Source: Candidatus Krumholzibacteriia bacterium (lineage in GTDB: Bacteria; Krumholzibacteriota; Krumholzibacteriia; JAJRXK01). From it: 64,000 bases of DNA. Location: positions 22,398-86,397 of the forward strand of contig JBGPIA010000008.1 of the NCBI GenBank assembly GCA_041484665.1, read 5' to 3'. Shown here in pieces: positions 1-9,529 of the stretch. Position 1 is the first letter of the stretch. Every line of letters begins with the position of its first letter. Under the pieces are notes generated by a model. The model ran no database searches. It was given only the letters and a program-made list of their open reading frames with translations, and was not told the DNA's origin. The translations under genes and the position numbers were made by a program.

Positions 1-70
1 CGGAACATTGGAACTGGGTCAACGCGGTCGGATGAACGCGGCCGGGGCGGAGCGGCCTGGCACACGCGGC

Positions 71-138
71 CTGGACGGAGCGGCTGGGATGGGGCCGCTG
101 GGACGGAGTGGCTGGGACGGGGCCGCTGGGCCGAGGCG
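71..138. repeat. short tandem repeat, ~27-28 nt unit x ~2.5 (CTGGACGGAGCGGCTGGGATGGGGCCG / CTGGGACGGAGTGGCTGGGACGGGGCCG)
   Basis: Adjacent near-identical units read directly in sequence; no convincing ORF on either strand here. Confidence 0.55.
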
Positions 139-364
139 ACCAAGCAGCCGCAGGCATACACCCTGCAGCGCGCGAGGTGCCGGCAATCGAGTTCCCGCAG
201 GCGTGGACCCCACGGCGCGCGAGGCGCCGGCAGCCGTGCTCCCACCGGTGTGGGCCGCGTATCTGCGCCGCAAATCAGCACTCCAAGTCACGACTCCAGG
301 TCAGTGGTCCACGCCGCTCCCCTCCGCCGGTACCCTGCGCCGACACCCTGCGCGTCCACCCCCG

Positions 365-379
365 TTTCCACCGTGGAAA
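365..379. promoter_or_regulatory. perfect 7-1-7 inverted repeat TTTCCAC-C-GTGGAAA (parS-like palindrome) ~410 nt upstream of the ParA-like gene
   Basis: Palindrome seen in sequence; resembles but does not match the canonical parS TGTTNCACGTGAAACA. Confidence 0.3.
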
Positions 380-658
380 CTCCCGTGCGCATGGTGTAGC
401 TTCCCGTTTCCTGTCGTCGGCGTCACGCTTCGGCCCCGCCGCTGCGTCCATTCCGTGCGCCTGAGCGCCGCACCTCACGCGGCCACGGCTACGGCTGGGC
501 CCGCGGTCGCGCGGGCAGGGCCGGTCCTGGGGACCCGGCTCCGGCAGCCGGGGCGCCCGGACGTGCGGGCCTTTAATGCGAGGAGGACGCCTCGGAAACC
601 GGCGCGGGTGACGGCGCGAATACCGGCGGCAATCCCGGCGCGCGCAGCGACGCGAGCA

Positions 659-780
659 CCGCCACAAGGCGTCATACGAGACCCGATACAAGGCCCGATA
701 CCCGCCCCGACACAAGCCCCATTCGAGAAGCTCCCACGAGCATCGACACAAGGCCCCACTCAAGCACCGACACGAGGATC
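659..780. repeat. array of 5-6 degenerate direct repeats CGAYACAAGSCCC ending a few nt before the ParA-like start; possible iteron/operator
   Basis: Direct repeats visible at ~684, 696, 708, 744 and 768 plus a weaker copy at ~660. Confidence 0.45.
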
Positions 781-786
781 GACACC

Positions 787-1665
787 ATGTCCAAGGGAAA
801 GGCAATCGCGATCGTTTCGCAGAAGGGCGGCGTGGGCAAGACCACGACCGTGGCCAACCTCGCGGCCAGCTTCGCCCAAGAGGGACAGCGCGTGCTGGTC
901 GTGGAGGTGGATCCGCAGGGGGCGCTCTCGCGCAGCCTCGGCCAGGATCCCGCCCAGGCATCGCTGGGCCTGGGTGACCTGCTGCTGGACCGCTGCGGCC
1001 CCGAGGAGACGCTGCGCGACACGTCCGTGCCCGGCGTGACGCTCTTGCCGGCGAGCTCGCTCGCGCAGCTCGACGACGAGGCGCTCACGCGCGCCTGCCT
1101 GGACGATCCGCTCAAGCTGCGCATGGTGGTCGCGGGGCTGAAGCCGCGCTTCCCGATCGTGCTGCTCGACGGCCCGCCCACGCTGGGGGTCCTCAGTCGG
1201 GCGACGATGGCCGCCGCCGACAGCTACCTGGTGCCGGTGCAGGCCGAGGAGCTCTCCTACCTGACGCTGCCGCGGCTGCTTCAGGTGGCCGAGCAGGTCA
1301 AGGCCAGCGACAACCCAGGCCTGGAGTGCGAGGGGCTGCTGCTGACGATGGTCGACCTGCGCACGCGCATGTCGGTGAAAGTCGTCAATCAGCTCTACGA
1401 GAACTACGGCGATCGCGTGCTGGTGGCGATGATCCCGCGGTCGGTGCAGCTGCAGGAAATGAGCGAGCGTGGCAAGCCGGCGGTGCTCTATGCCTCCGGC
1501 AGCAAGGGCGCGCGCGCCTATCAGGAGGTCGCCCGCGAGCTGCTGCTGGGCGGAGGCGAGCCGGGCGATGAGATCGACCCGACGCAGATCGACGCGTCCG
1601 AGGCGATCGTGCTCAGCCGCAATGCGGAGTCGCTGTACGCCAACGCCGGCCTCTCGAGGCACTGA
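787..1665 (+). CDS. ParA/MinD-family P-loop ATPase (deviant Walker A KGGVGKTT at residues 12-19), 292 aa with C-terminal extension; no parB partner seen
   Basis: ORF track; N-terminal MSKGKAIAIVSQKGGVGKTTTVANLA motif; ATG start. Confidence 0.8.
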   Translation: MSKGKAIAIVSQKGGVGKTTTVANLAASFAQEGQRVLVVEVDPQGALSRSLGQDPAQASLGLGDLLLDRCGPEETLRDTSVPGVTLLPASSLAQLDDEALTRACLDDPLKLRMVVAGLKPRFPIVLLDGPPTLGVLSRATMAAADSYLVPVQAEELSYLTLPRLLQVAEQVKASDNPGLECEGLLLTMVDLRTRMSVKVVNQLYENYGDRVLVAMIPRSVQLQEMSERGKPAVLYASGSKGARAYQEVARELLLGGGEPGDEIDPTQIDASEAIVLSRNAESLYANAGLSRH

Positions 1666-1807
1666 CGCGACGTCCGACGGGCGCCATGACGCGGGCCAAT
1701 CACGCAGGCGTCCCGGGTCGCGGCAGCGTACGTGGCCGCGTGCGCGGCCCGAGGCGATCCGCCGGCGAACCCGCACAGGGTCGGCCCGTGCACGTTTCGG
1801 CGAGCGC

Positions 1808-1826
1808 GTGAGCACAATGTGCTTAC
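1808..1826. repeat. palindromic element copy 1, GTGAGCACAATGTGCTTAC (one mismatch to a perfect 9-1-9 palindrome)
   Basis: Read in sequence; lies in the convergent intergenic region between the parA-like gene and the ABC permease. Confidence 0.6.
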
Positions 1827-1861
1827 GGCGGGCGCCGCAGAGGCCCGCATTCCCCGCAGGC

Positions 1862-1880
1862 GTGAGCACAATGTGCTCAC
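1862..1880. repeat. palindromic element copy 2, GTGAGCACAATGTGCTCAC (perfect 9-1-9 inverted repeat), 54 nt after copy 1
   Basis: Read in sequence; flanked by CG...GG like copy 1. Confidence 0.65.
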
Positions 1881-2059
1881 GGCCCAGCCGAAGACATACA
1901 CGCTCTGCCGACCGCCAAGCTCTGGCCGACCGCGCCGCTCACCCCCCACCCACACACCCGCACACCCGATCGGGCTGCCGCTTTCCGGATCGGCCGCCCG
2001 CGCGCGGCCGACCGGCCGCCTGGGCAAGCCCACCGCGCACGAAGCCCGCGCGCTGAGCG

Positions 2060-3262
2060 CTACCCGGTAACCCGCATCGTGCGCGTGCCCAGCACGCCGA
2101 ACACGAGCGCCATCCCCGACAGCACGAGCACCGGCAACGCCAGGGCGCCGATCCCCTGGCCAAACGTGATCAACGCGTGCATGCCGTCCATGGCCCAGGC
2201 CGTGGGGAAGACATGGCCCAGGCTGCGCAGCCAGCTGGGCACGATCTCCAGCGGCCACCAGCAGCCGCCCAGCGCCGCCATGATCATGCCGATCAGCCAC
2301 GACACGCTTTCCGCCTGCTGGCTGGTGCGGAAGATCCCGCCCGCGAACAGCGCGATGCACGCGATGCACACCGAATAGGGGACCAGCAAGATCAACAGCC
2401 CCGGCACGGCCGAGCCCCACGAGAACTTGATCCCCATGACGTGCGCCTGGCCCATGACCTGCGCGGCCACGATCAGGATGAGCGCCTGCGTCATTCCCAA
2501 AAGCGTCAGTCCCATCACCTTCCCCGTCATGATCTCGCGCCGCGAGATGGGTGTCGTCGCCAGGCGCGTCAGCGTGCCGGTGGCCTTTTCGGTGGTGAGC
2601 GCCTCCGCGCCTCCAATGATCACCGTCATGACGATGAACATCGCGAGCATGCCCGGCACCGACTGTCCCATCCCCGACGGGACTGGACGGCCGCGCCCTG
2701 CGTAACTTGACCGGATCCTCACCAGCGGCTCCTCGTGCAGCAACGCGAAGAACCGGCCCTTGTCGGCGTCGCTGACCTGCACCGGAGCGTGCGGCGCGCC
2801 GGCCGCGGGCGCCGGGAGCCAGCGCGCGAGCGTGCCCAGAAAGCCCACCAGCGCTTGGTGCAGCCGTGCCTCAGCGGCGAAGTCGTAGCTCTCGTTGCTC
2901 TTGGCGAGCTTGGTGAGCGTGACCTCGGTCTTGTTGTGGGAGAGGATCGAGCGGGTGAACCCCTCCGGAAAGCTCGCGACGCTCGCGTCGAGCGTCGTGT
3001 CCGCCGCGGCCTTGGGCGTGAACTCCGTCACTTCGAAGCTGTGGCTGCGCAGCGCGTCGACGAAGCCCTCCGTGAGGAACTCGCCGTCGGCATTGATCAC
3101 CGGCAGCGTGACCGTGACCTTCTCGGGGCCCTCGGGGCTGCGGAACGCAGCGCCGAAGAACAGGATGAATGCGATCGGCATCAGGAACAGGAAGAAGATG
3201 TTGCTGCGGTCCTTCAGGTGCAGGCGCAGGTCGTTGAGGGCGACATGCAGGATGTTCCTCAT
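2060..3262 (-). CDS. ABC-2 family transporter permease (multi-TM, large extracytoplasmic loop after TM1)
   Basis: ORF track; hydrophobic TM pattern typical of ABC-2 exporters; last gene of a 3-gene minus-strand operon. Confidence 0.75.
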   Translation of the reverse strand: MRNILHVALNDLRLHLKDRSNIFFLFLMPIAFILFFGAAFRSPEGPEKVTVTLPVINADGEFLTEGFVDALRSHSFEVTEFTPKAAADTTLDASVASFPEGFTRSILSHNKTEVTLTKLAKSNESYDFAAEARLHQALVGFLGTLARWLPAPAAGAPHAPVQVSDADKGRFFALLHEEPLVRIRSSYAGRGRPVPSGMGQSVPGMLAMFIVMTVIIGGAEALTTEKATGTLTRLATTPISRREIMTGKVMGLTLLGMTQALILIVAAQVMGQAHVMGIKFSWGSAVPGLLILLVPYSVCIACIALFAGGIFRTSQQAESVSWLIGMIMAALGGCWWPLEIVPSWLRSLGHVFPTAWAMDGMHALITFGQGIGALALPVLVLSGMALVFGVLGTRTMRVTG

Positions 3263-4509
3263 GCGAACCCCCTGCGCACCTTGCGCACCATGAGGACATA
3301 CGCGACACCCGCCGTCACGGCCCCCAGCAGCGCGAGCGTTCCGATATTGCGCGCCACGTCGGCCAGCGCCTGGTGGCCCAGCAGCAGCTTGGTGTAGCCG
3401 TCCACCGCCCAGTAGTTCAGGGTCATGGGCGCCACGCGCTTGAGCGCCGCGGGCAGCACGTCCAGGGGGATCATGCTCCCGCCGACCGCGCTCATGCCCA
3501 TGATCAAGATCCAGCTGAGACCGCCCGCCTGCTTCAGCGTGCGCACCAGCGAGAAGACCAGAGCGAGCAGCCCGCAGCTCGCCAGACTGAAGGAGACCGA
3601 CAGGAGCAGCACCGCCAGCCCGTCGATGGGCGGGTGGTACCAGCGTAGCACCGCGCCGATCAGTGCCAGTATCGCCAGCACGATCAGGCTGAACAGCACG
3701 CCGAAGACGATTTTACCCCCAACGATCTGCGAAATCCCCAAGGGCGACACGAGCTGGCGGCGCAGCATTCCGCTCTGGCGCTCCTCGAACAGGTCCATGA
3801 TCGCGCGCGTGGCGATGAACAGCACCGCCATGACGGTGGTCATGACCATCACGTAGCCGAAGATCGCGTTGCGACCGCTGTCGCCGGACTTTGCCGCGGC
3901 CTTCTCCTTGACCGAGGTGATCTGGACCAGCGGCGGCAAAAGAACCGGTCGCGCCTGCGTGATGTGGTCCATGATCGAGCCGGCCAGCGACACGATCTGC
4001 CCCGTCCGCGGGAACTCGTCGCGGGTGGCCAGCTCCTGGATGCGCGCGAGATCGTCGCCGGCGAGCTTGACCCCGTTGTGCAAGTAGGTGCCGAGCACCC
4101 CCGCTCCGATCTCGATGATCTCGGGGAAGATCCCCTCGGCTGGATTGCGCACCACCTGCAGCGCCGTGGTGTTGCCGACCAGCAGCGAGTCGGAGAATCC
4201 CTTGGGGAAAACCACCAGCGCCGAGGCGTCCCCCTTCTCCATGAGCGCGAATCCCTCCTCGCCCACCACCACGCCGTCGAATCGCTTGATCATCTCCTCC
4301 TGCTGGAAGCCACCCAGGATGAAGCGTGTCAGCGCGCTGTCGTCGCGGTCGAGCAGGAAGACCTTGATGCGCGGCGTCTTTTCGTCGCTGAAACCGCTGC
4401 TGATCGTCCCGATCATCAGCGTCATGAACAGCGGAAAGATCAGCATGACCACCGTAGGCACCGGGCTGCGCCAGCGCCGGGTGAGGTCCTTGAGGATGAG
4501 GTTCAGCAT
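3259..4509 (-). CDS. ABC-2 family transporter permease, second paralogous subunit
   Basis: ORF track; same architecture as the downstream permease; 4-nt overlap with it. Confidence 0.75.
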   Translation of the reverse strand: MLNLILKDLTRRWRSPVPTVVMLIFPLFMTLMIGTISSGFSDEKTPRIKVFLLDRDDSALTRFILGGFQQEEMIKRFDGVVVGEEGFALMEKGDASALVVFPKGFSDSLLVGNTTALQVVRNPAEGIFPEIIEIGAGVLGTYLHNGVKLAGDDLARIQELATRDEFPRTGQIVSLAGSIMDHITQARPVLLPPLVQITSVKEKAAAKSGDSGRNAIFGYVMVMTTVMAVLFIATRAIMDLFEERQSGMLRRQLVSPLGISQIVGGKIVFGVLFSLIVLAILALIGAVLRWYHPPIDGLAVLLLSVSFSLASCGLLALVFSLVRTLKQAGGLSWILIMGMSAVGGSMIPLDVLPAALKRVAPMTLNYWAVDGYTKLLLGHQALADVARNIGTLALLGAVTAGVAYVLMVRKVRRGFA

Positions 4510-4585
4510 GGGTGGACCTCGTGGGAGGGCGTGGAGACATTGACCGCGGCAGCTGGCGCCACAGCGGCGTCGATGGCGGCGCGCA

Positions 4586-5515
4586 TCAGTCCCTCAGCTC
4601 GCGGCCGGTAAGCTTGAGGAACAGGTCCTCGAGGTTCGGTTCCTTGATGCTCACGTCGTCGAGCTGGAGGTCGCGCGCGTAGAGCGCCTCCAGCGTGCGG
4701 CTCACGCCGGCGCCGTCGCGGCGCACCGAGAGCATCGCCCGGCCGGCCTGGACTTCGATGGGCACCAGCCCCGCGATCGTCTCGACCGCCGCCATCACCG
4801 TGGCCTCGCTGAAACCGCCCGAGAGCGTCAGCAGCGTGCCTTCGCCCAGGTGCGCCTTGAGCTCGGGAATCGTGCCCTGCACCAGCAGGCGTCCGTGGTC
4901 CATGATCGCCAGGCGGTGACAGAGCTCCTCGGCCTCCTCCAGGTAATGCGTCGTATAGAGCACCGTGCGCCCGCGCTTCACGATGTCGCGCACGATGTCG
5001 AGGATGTTCACGCGCGCCTGCGGGTCGATCCCGGTGGTCGGCTCATCCAGCAGCAGCAGCCGGGGATCGTGGATCATCCCCAGGGCGAGGTTGAGCCGCC
5101 GCTTCATGCCGCCGGAGAAGTTCTTCACCGGCTCCTTGGCCCGGTCGTCGAGTCCCACGAGCGCCAGCAGCTCGTCGATGCGGGAGCGCAGCGCCGGCCC
5201 GCGCATGCCGTAGATCCCGCCCCAGAAGTGCAGGTTCTCGCGGGCGGAGAGGTCCATGTAGATGGCCGTCTCCTGCGGGACCACCCCCAGGCGGCGCTTG
5301 ACCTCGCGCGGGTTCTGGTCGAGCGGGATCCCGTCGACCTTGATCGTCCCGGCATCGGGCGCAAGCAGCCCGCAGATCATGGAGATGCATGTCGTCTTGC
5401 CGGCACCGTTGGGCCCCAGCAGGCCGTAGATCTCTCCTTCGCGCACGTCGAAGGAGATGCCGTCCACGGCCGTCAGCCCGCCGAATTTCTTGCGGAGATC
5501 ACGTACCTCGAGCAA
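4586..5515 (-). CDS. ABC transporter ATP-binding protein (Walker A GPNGAGKTT, signature LSGGMKRRL, Walker B LLLDEP)
   Basis: ORF track; canonical ABC motifs; apparent TTG start. Confidence 0.85.
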   Translation of the reverse strand: MLEVRDLRKKFGGLTAVDGISFDVREGEIYGLLGPNGAGKTTCISMICGLLAPDAGTIKVDGIPLDQNPREVKRRLGVVPQETAIYMDLSARENLHFWGGIYGMRGPALRSRIDELLALVGLDDRAKEPVKNFSGGMKRRLNLALGMIHDPRLLLLDEPTTGIDPQARVNILDIVRDIVKRGRTVLYTTHYLEEAEELCHRLAIMDHGRLLVQGTIPELKAHLGEGTLLTLSGGFSEATVMAAVETIAGLVPIEVQAGRAMLSVRRDGAGVSRTLEALYARDLQLDDVSIKEPNLEDLFLKLTGRELRD

Positions 5516-5750
5516 AGGGACCTCGTGGGGTTAGGGGTGCCGCGACGTCGCGGGTGGCCAGCGGCCGGCAGCGACGCGAGGTGCCGTTTCGGGGGCAGCC
5601 GGCCAGTGACCGGAGGCCCGGTCTTGCGCGCTGCTTCTTGGAACCCATCGAACTCACCTGCGACTCCCGGAGCCTCGCCCACCTCCGCCGCCGCGTCCAG
5701 CCCCGGGTGACGGCCGGGCGAAGGGCCCGGTTGGGCGGTCCATCGAGCCG

Positions 5751-5852
5751 GCCGGGCGGGCGGACCCAGCGGTCGGGCGGGCCAGCAGGCCGGCGGACCC
5801 GGCAGTCGGGTGGGCCGGCGGGCGGTCGTGTGGACCGGCGGCCCGTCGTGTG
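5751..5852. repeat. GC-rich tandem repeat block (~21 nt units, two pairs: GCGGACCCRGCRGTCGGG x2 and CCGGCGGSCSGTCGTGTGG x2)
   Basis: Read in sequence between the ABC operon start and the 3' end of tRNA-Arg. Confidence 0.5.
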
Positions 5853-5969
5853 GTGCTGGGGGCCATTTCCTCCTGCCAGAGCCACAGTCCCGCTGGCGCG
5901 CTGGAGTGGCCGGTCGAGGCAGCCTGCGCTCGAGCAAGGGGGGAGGCCCATCGGCCTCCCCCCTACGTA

Positions 5970-6046
<77 letters not shown>

Positions 6047-7002
6047 ATGATTCAGGAATTCGCCTTCTTCCAATGTCTTGCTGAATTGACGAACTGGTCG
6101 AGCGCCTGGCGTTTCGTAGACGTGGTGGAAGCTGAGGTGCCGTTCTGCGGCACGGGAACCGCCTCGGGGCTCCGGGGCCGCCGACCGAGCGCGACCTGGC
6201 CCGAGTCGTCGACCATCCTTTCTGCGACGGGCTGCGGAGCCTATCAGATCAGGACGGAGTCGCCGATTGGTTGTTGCGGGGCAGCTCCAGTCCGGGCGAG
6301 TCGACGTGCGCGTGTACCCGACCGGCCTCGCCTGCTTCAAGGGGCGCGGGACAAACGACCGCCGAGGCGCACGGTCCGGGCCCTCCCGTGGTGCGCGGGG
6401 ACGGAAGGCGGTTCCGCGGGGCCCGGCCCCGCGCCCGGCACTCCCCCAACAGGCCACCCCTCGCGATCAACACACGAGCCCGACATCCCGCGCGCACCAG
6501 TCCCGCGTCTTGACCCAGGAGCGGCGAGGGGGCCTTCACGTCGAGGGATTGCGTCTGCACGCTCCCACGGCGGGTCCGATGGCCTGCAGGGGCGGCGGTA
6601 CGCTGACTCGGCAGCCCCGCGGCCCGTTCCGCCCGAACAACCGTGCGCCCACGCGCCAGTAGCGGGTTTCTGCTCATCCGACGGCAGGCGCGCAGGTCCA
6701 GGGACCCGCCGACCAGCCGAGATCACACCTTTTCGCTTGCGTCCTCCGTCACCGCCGGGCGTAGCGTCACAGCGACAGCGGACGGGGCACACCATTGAGA
6801 GCCAACTTCCGCCGCTGAGCGACATGCCAGGCCCTCCGACCTGCCTGGAAGGCATGACTCAGCGACGAGCCACTCCGGAACGCGCCCATGACCACACCGG
6901 GCGCCACAGCTTTGACAGACCCGCCTGCTGGAGGAGCGCGCCGCCGCACTGGTGTGCGTCCCCGCGCCGGTCGCCCATGCCAACCTGACGGAGGTTGCGG
7001 CA

Positions 7003-9411
7003 ATGCGCACGTCAATCTGCCTCCTTCCCGTCCTCTGGCTTCTCCTCGCCCGACCGGTCAATGCCGGCACGTACGTTGTCCGGCCAGACGGAACTGGTGA
7101 CTACCCCACGATCCAGGAGGCCATCACTGCTGCCGTCGGCGGGGACACGATCCTCCTCATGGATGGTACCTTCAGCGGCCCTGGGAACCGCGACATCAAC
7201 TACCTCGGAAAGGCCATCGCAGTGCGATCCCAGAGCGACAACCCCGCCGCCTGCGTCATCGACTGCGAACACGCCGGCCGCGGCTTCGAGTTTCGGTCCG
7301 ACGAAGACCCGAACTCCATTATACAGGGCGTGACCATCACAAACGGCGAGGCCCACTACCCCATTAACGACGTGGGTGGAGGCGTCTTGTGCCTGAGTGG
7401 TTCACCGACGATCACCAACTGCTCGTTCCTCAACAACACCGCCACCAACTCTGGTGGCGGAATCTACGCCTGGAACGGGCCCCAGGCGCCAACGCTTACC
7501 CTGGCGTCCTGCACGTTTCGCGGCAACGTTGCCAACGATCTGTACATCGAAGGCGGCAGAGCGAGCGCCACCGACTGCGCCTTTTCCGCCAACGTTCGCT
7601 CCTTCCACTTCCTTGAGCTCACGCGGTGCCGCTTCTCCGATCGCGCGTCGTTGATCATCGGAGGCGGTACCCTCAGCCAGTGCTGGTTCGCCGGTGGAGG
7701 CATCAGCGAGGGCTCGGGCTACGCAAACCCAACCCTGAGCGTGGACAAATGCACATTCGTAGGTACTGGCCATGAACCTGAACTGTGGGCCGTACGATTC
7801 CACGGGCCCCTGTCGGTCAGCAACTCCACCATCTCGAATTACGTCATCGGAGTCCTCTTCATCGACTATCCCGATCCACCCCTCGTGTGCTGCGCCCAGC
7901 TCTCTGTGGCGAACACCATCATCGCCTTCGGTGGCTATTCACTGGTCTACTTCCCGACCACTGATGCTCTCCTCCAGGTCCGCTGCTGTGACTTCTTTGG
8001 AAACCTCGCTGGAGACTGGGTCGGGGTCATTGCAAACCAGAACGGCATCAATGGCAACTTCTCGGCCGACCCGTTGTTCTGTGATCGGGGAAACGGCGAC
8101 TTGAGGCTGGCTGGCAACTCTCTCTGTTTGCCCGGAGCCCACGGTGGTGTCGCCTGCGGCCTGGTCGGTGCCCTCGGGGAGGGGTGTCCGGGCCCTCAAC
8201 CGCGCTTCGATGTTGCCTGGGGCACGTCCTGGGACCAAGTGTCGCTCCAGCAAGTGCTCGACGCCGAGTACGGGCAAGGCGTGATCCATGCGGCAACGGA
8301 CTACGAGGGCTACGGCCAGAGTGACGCCGACCCACCTTATTGGGAGGACCAGGGGATTGCTGGTGTCATCCTGCGGGAGATCGGGAGCTTCGCGACCAGC
8401 AGTACCTTCGGATGGTACAAGGAGACCGCTGCGTTCCCCGTCATCGACGGGGTCGACGACGGGATGATCTTCGACGGCTGGATGGGGCCGGGGGCGACGG
8501 TGATCGCGACGTTTCCCAGCGGCACGCAGCGGTTTGGGTTCTACCTGAACCCGAACGGCTCGGACAACGCGCCCAATGCGCCGGAGCCCGAGGTGTTTTT
8601 CACGAACCGTCTTTTCAACGACGTCGGCCCGGATGGGAGCGGGCCGCTCCATGATCCTCCAGGGGGGGACCCCCAGTGCCTGGTGTACAACATCACGGCC
8701 CTGCGCGGTGGCGTGAAGACCTACGTGCTGGCGTGGGAGGAGTGCGACAGCGGCGGTCCGATCACTCCAGGCTTCTCACCGACGGGCACGGACAACGACT
8801 TCAACGACATGGTGATCGAGATGTCGGCGATGTCTCCTGTACCGGGCGTCTCGGCGGTGCTTCAGGCGCTGGGACAGGCCGATGGGATTCTCTTGAGCTG
8901 GGAGGTGCGTCACGCCGAGCGTCTCGAGTCGTTGACGCTGCTGCGGGGCGAGGGGCAGGGCCCCGTGCGAACCGTGATGACTTGGGGCCGGGGTACTGCT
9001 GCGGCCACCGGTTCCTGGATCGACCACGAGGCAACCTCGGCGCGGCCCTATCGGTATCAACTGCTGGTTGGAATCGGTGGTGGGGCAGTGGTGTCCAACG
9101 AGGCGGAGGCTGGACCTGCGGTGCAGCGCCCAGCGCAGACGCGCCTGCTGGCGGCCGTGCCCAACCCGTTCAATCCGAGCACGCGCATCCACTTTGCCTT
9201 GGCCAAGCAGACCACCGCGAGCGTCGAGATCTACGACGTCGCAGGTCGGCGCGTCCGCAGCCTCGACTTGGGGGTACGGCCCGCTGCTGAAGGGGACGTC
9301 GAGTGGGACGGCCGGGACGATCGAGGTCGGGGCGTGGCCAGCGGCAGCTACTTGGTGCGCCTCGTCGCGGGCGGCGTGAAGGACGAGCGGAAGGTGACCC
9401 TTATCAGGTGA
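7003..9411 (+). CDS. secreted right-handed beta-helix (pectate-lyase-fold) protein with central DNDFND-motif domain (DUF4114-like) and C-terminal T9SS type-A sorting domain
   Basis: ORF track, start moved to internal ATG (MRTSICLLPVLWLLLARPVNA signal peptide; GGAGG 8 nt upstream); repeated NxxTxxNSGGGIY beta-helix turns; C-terminal NPFNPSTRIHF...SGSYLVRLVAGG...KVTLIR resembles the TIGR04183/FlgD-Ig-like tail; codon third positions notably less GC-rich than neighbours. Confidence 0.7.
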   Translation: MRTSICLLPVLWLLLARPVNAGTYVVRPDGTGDYPTIQEAITAAVGGDTILLMDGTFSGPGNRDINYLGKAIAVRSQSDNPAACVIDCEHAGRGFEFRSDEDPNSIIQGVTITNGEAHYPINDVGGGVLCLSGSPTITNCSFLNNTATNSGGGIYAWNGPQAPTLTLASCTFRGNVANDLYIEGGRASATDCAFSANVRSFHFLELTRCRFSDRASLIIGGGTLSQCWFAGGGISEGSGYANPTLSVDKCTFVGTGHEPELWAVRFHGPLSVSNSTISNYVIGVLFIDYPDPPLVCCAQLSVANTIIAFGGYSLVYFPTTDALLQVRCCDFFGNLAGDWVGVIANQNGINGNFSADPLFCDRGNGDLRLAGNSLCLPGAHGGVACGLVGALGEGCPGPQPRFDVAWGTSWDQVSLQQVLDAEYGQGVIHAATDYEGYGQSDADPPYWEDQGIAGVILREIGSFATSSTFGWYKETAAFPVIDGVDDGMIFDGWMGPGATVIATFPSGTQRFGFYLNPNGSDNAPNAPEPEVFFTNRLFNDVGPDGSGPLHDPPGGDPQCLVYNITALRGGVKTYVLAWEECDSGGPITPGFSPTGTDNDFNDMVIEMSAMSPVPGVSAVLQALGQADGILLSWEVRHAERLESLTLLRGEGQGPVRTVMTWGRGTAAATGSWIDHEATSARPYRYQLLVGIGGGAVVSNEAEAGPAVQRPAQTRLLAAVPNPFNPSTRIHFALAKQTTASVEIYDVAGRRVRSLDLGVRPAAEGDVEWDGRDDRGRGVASGSYLVRLVAGGVKDERKVTLIR

Positions 9412-9529
9412 CGGGAGGCGGAGAAGTACGCTTGCCCGCGGGAGACCCTGGCCAGCGGGTGACCCTTGCCCGCAGGGCACAGGTCGGGCAAAGCGTGAGG
9501 GAGAGGCCGGGCACAGAAGGAGTAACCCC

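Noticed and set aside
8-1039. 343-aa ORF (Arg/Pro/Ala-rich) and several other long ORFs in the first 786 nt
   Set aside because: Amino-acid composition typical of out-of-frame or antisense reading of GC-rich DNA; no domain, no RBS; treated as non-coding leader.
760-1869. 369-aa minus-strand ORF antisense to the ParA-like gene
   Set aside because: Antisense shadow ORF; His/Arg/Gln-rich junk composition; the ParA frame has clear motifs.
5751-5852. CRISPR array
   Set aside because: Repeat blocks here and elsewhere are short tandem or degenerate repeats without regularly spaced unique spacers; no cas genes in the window.
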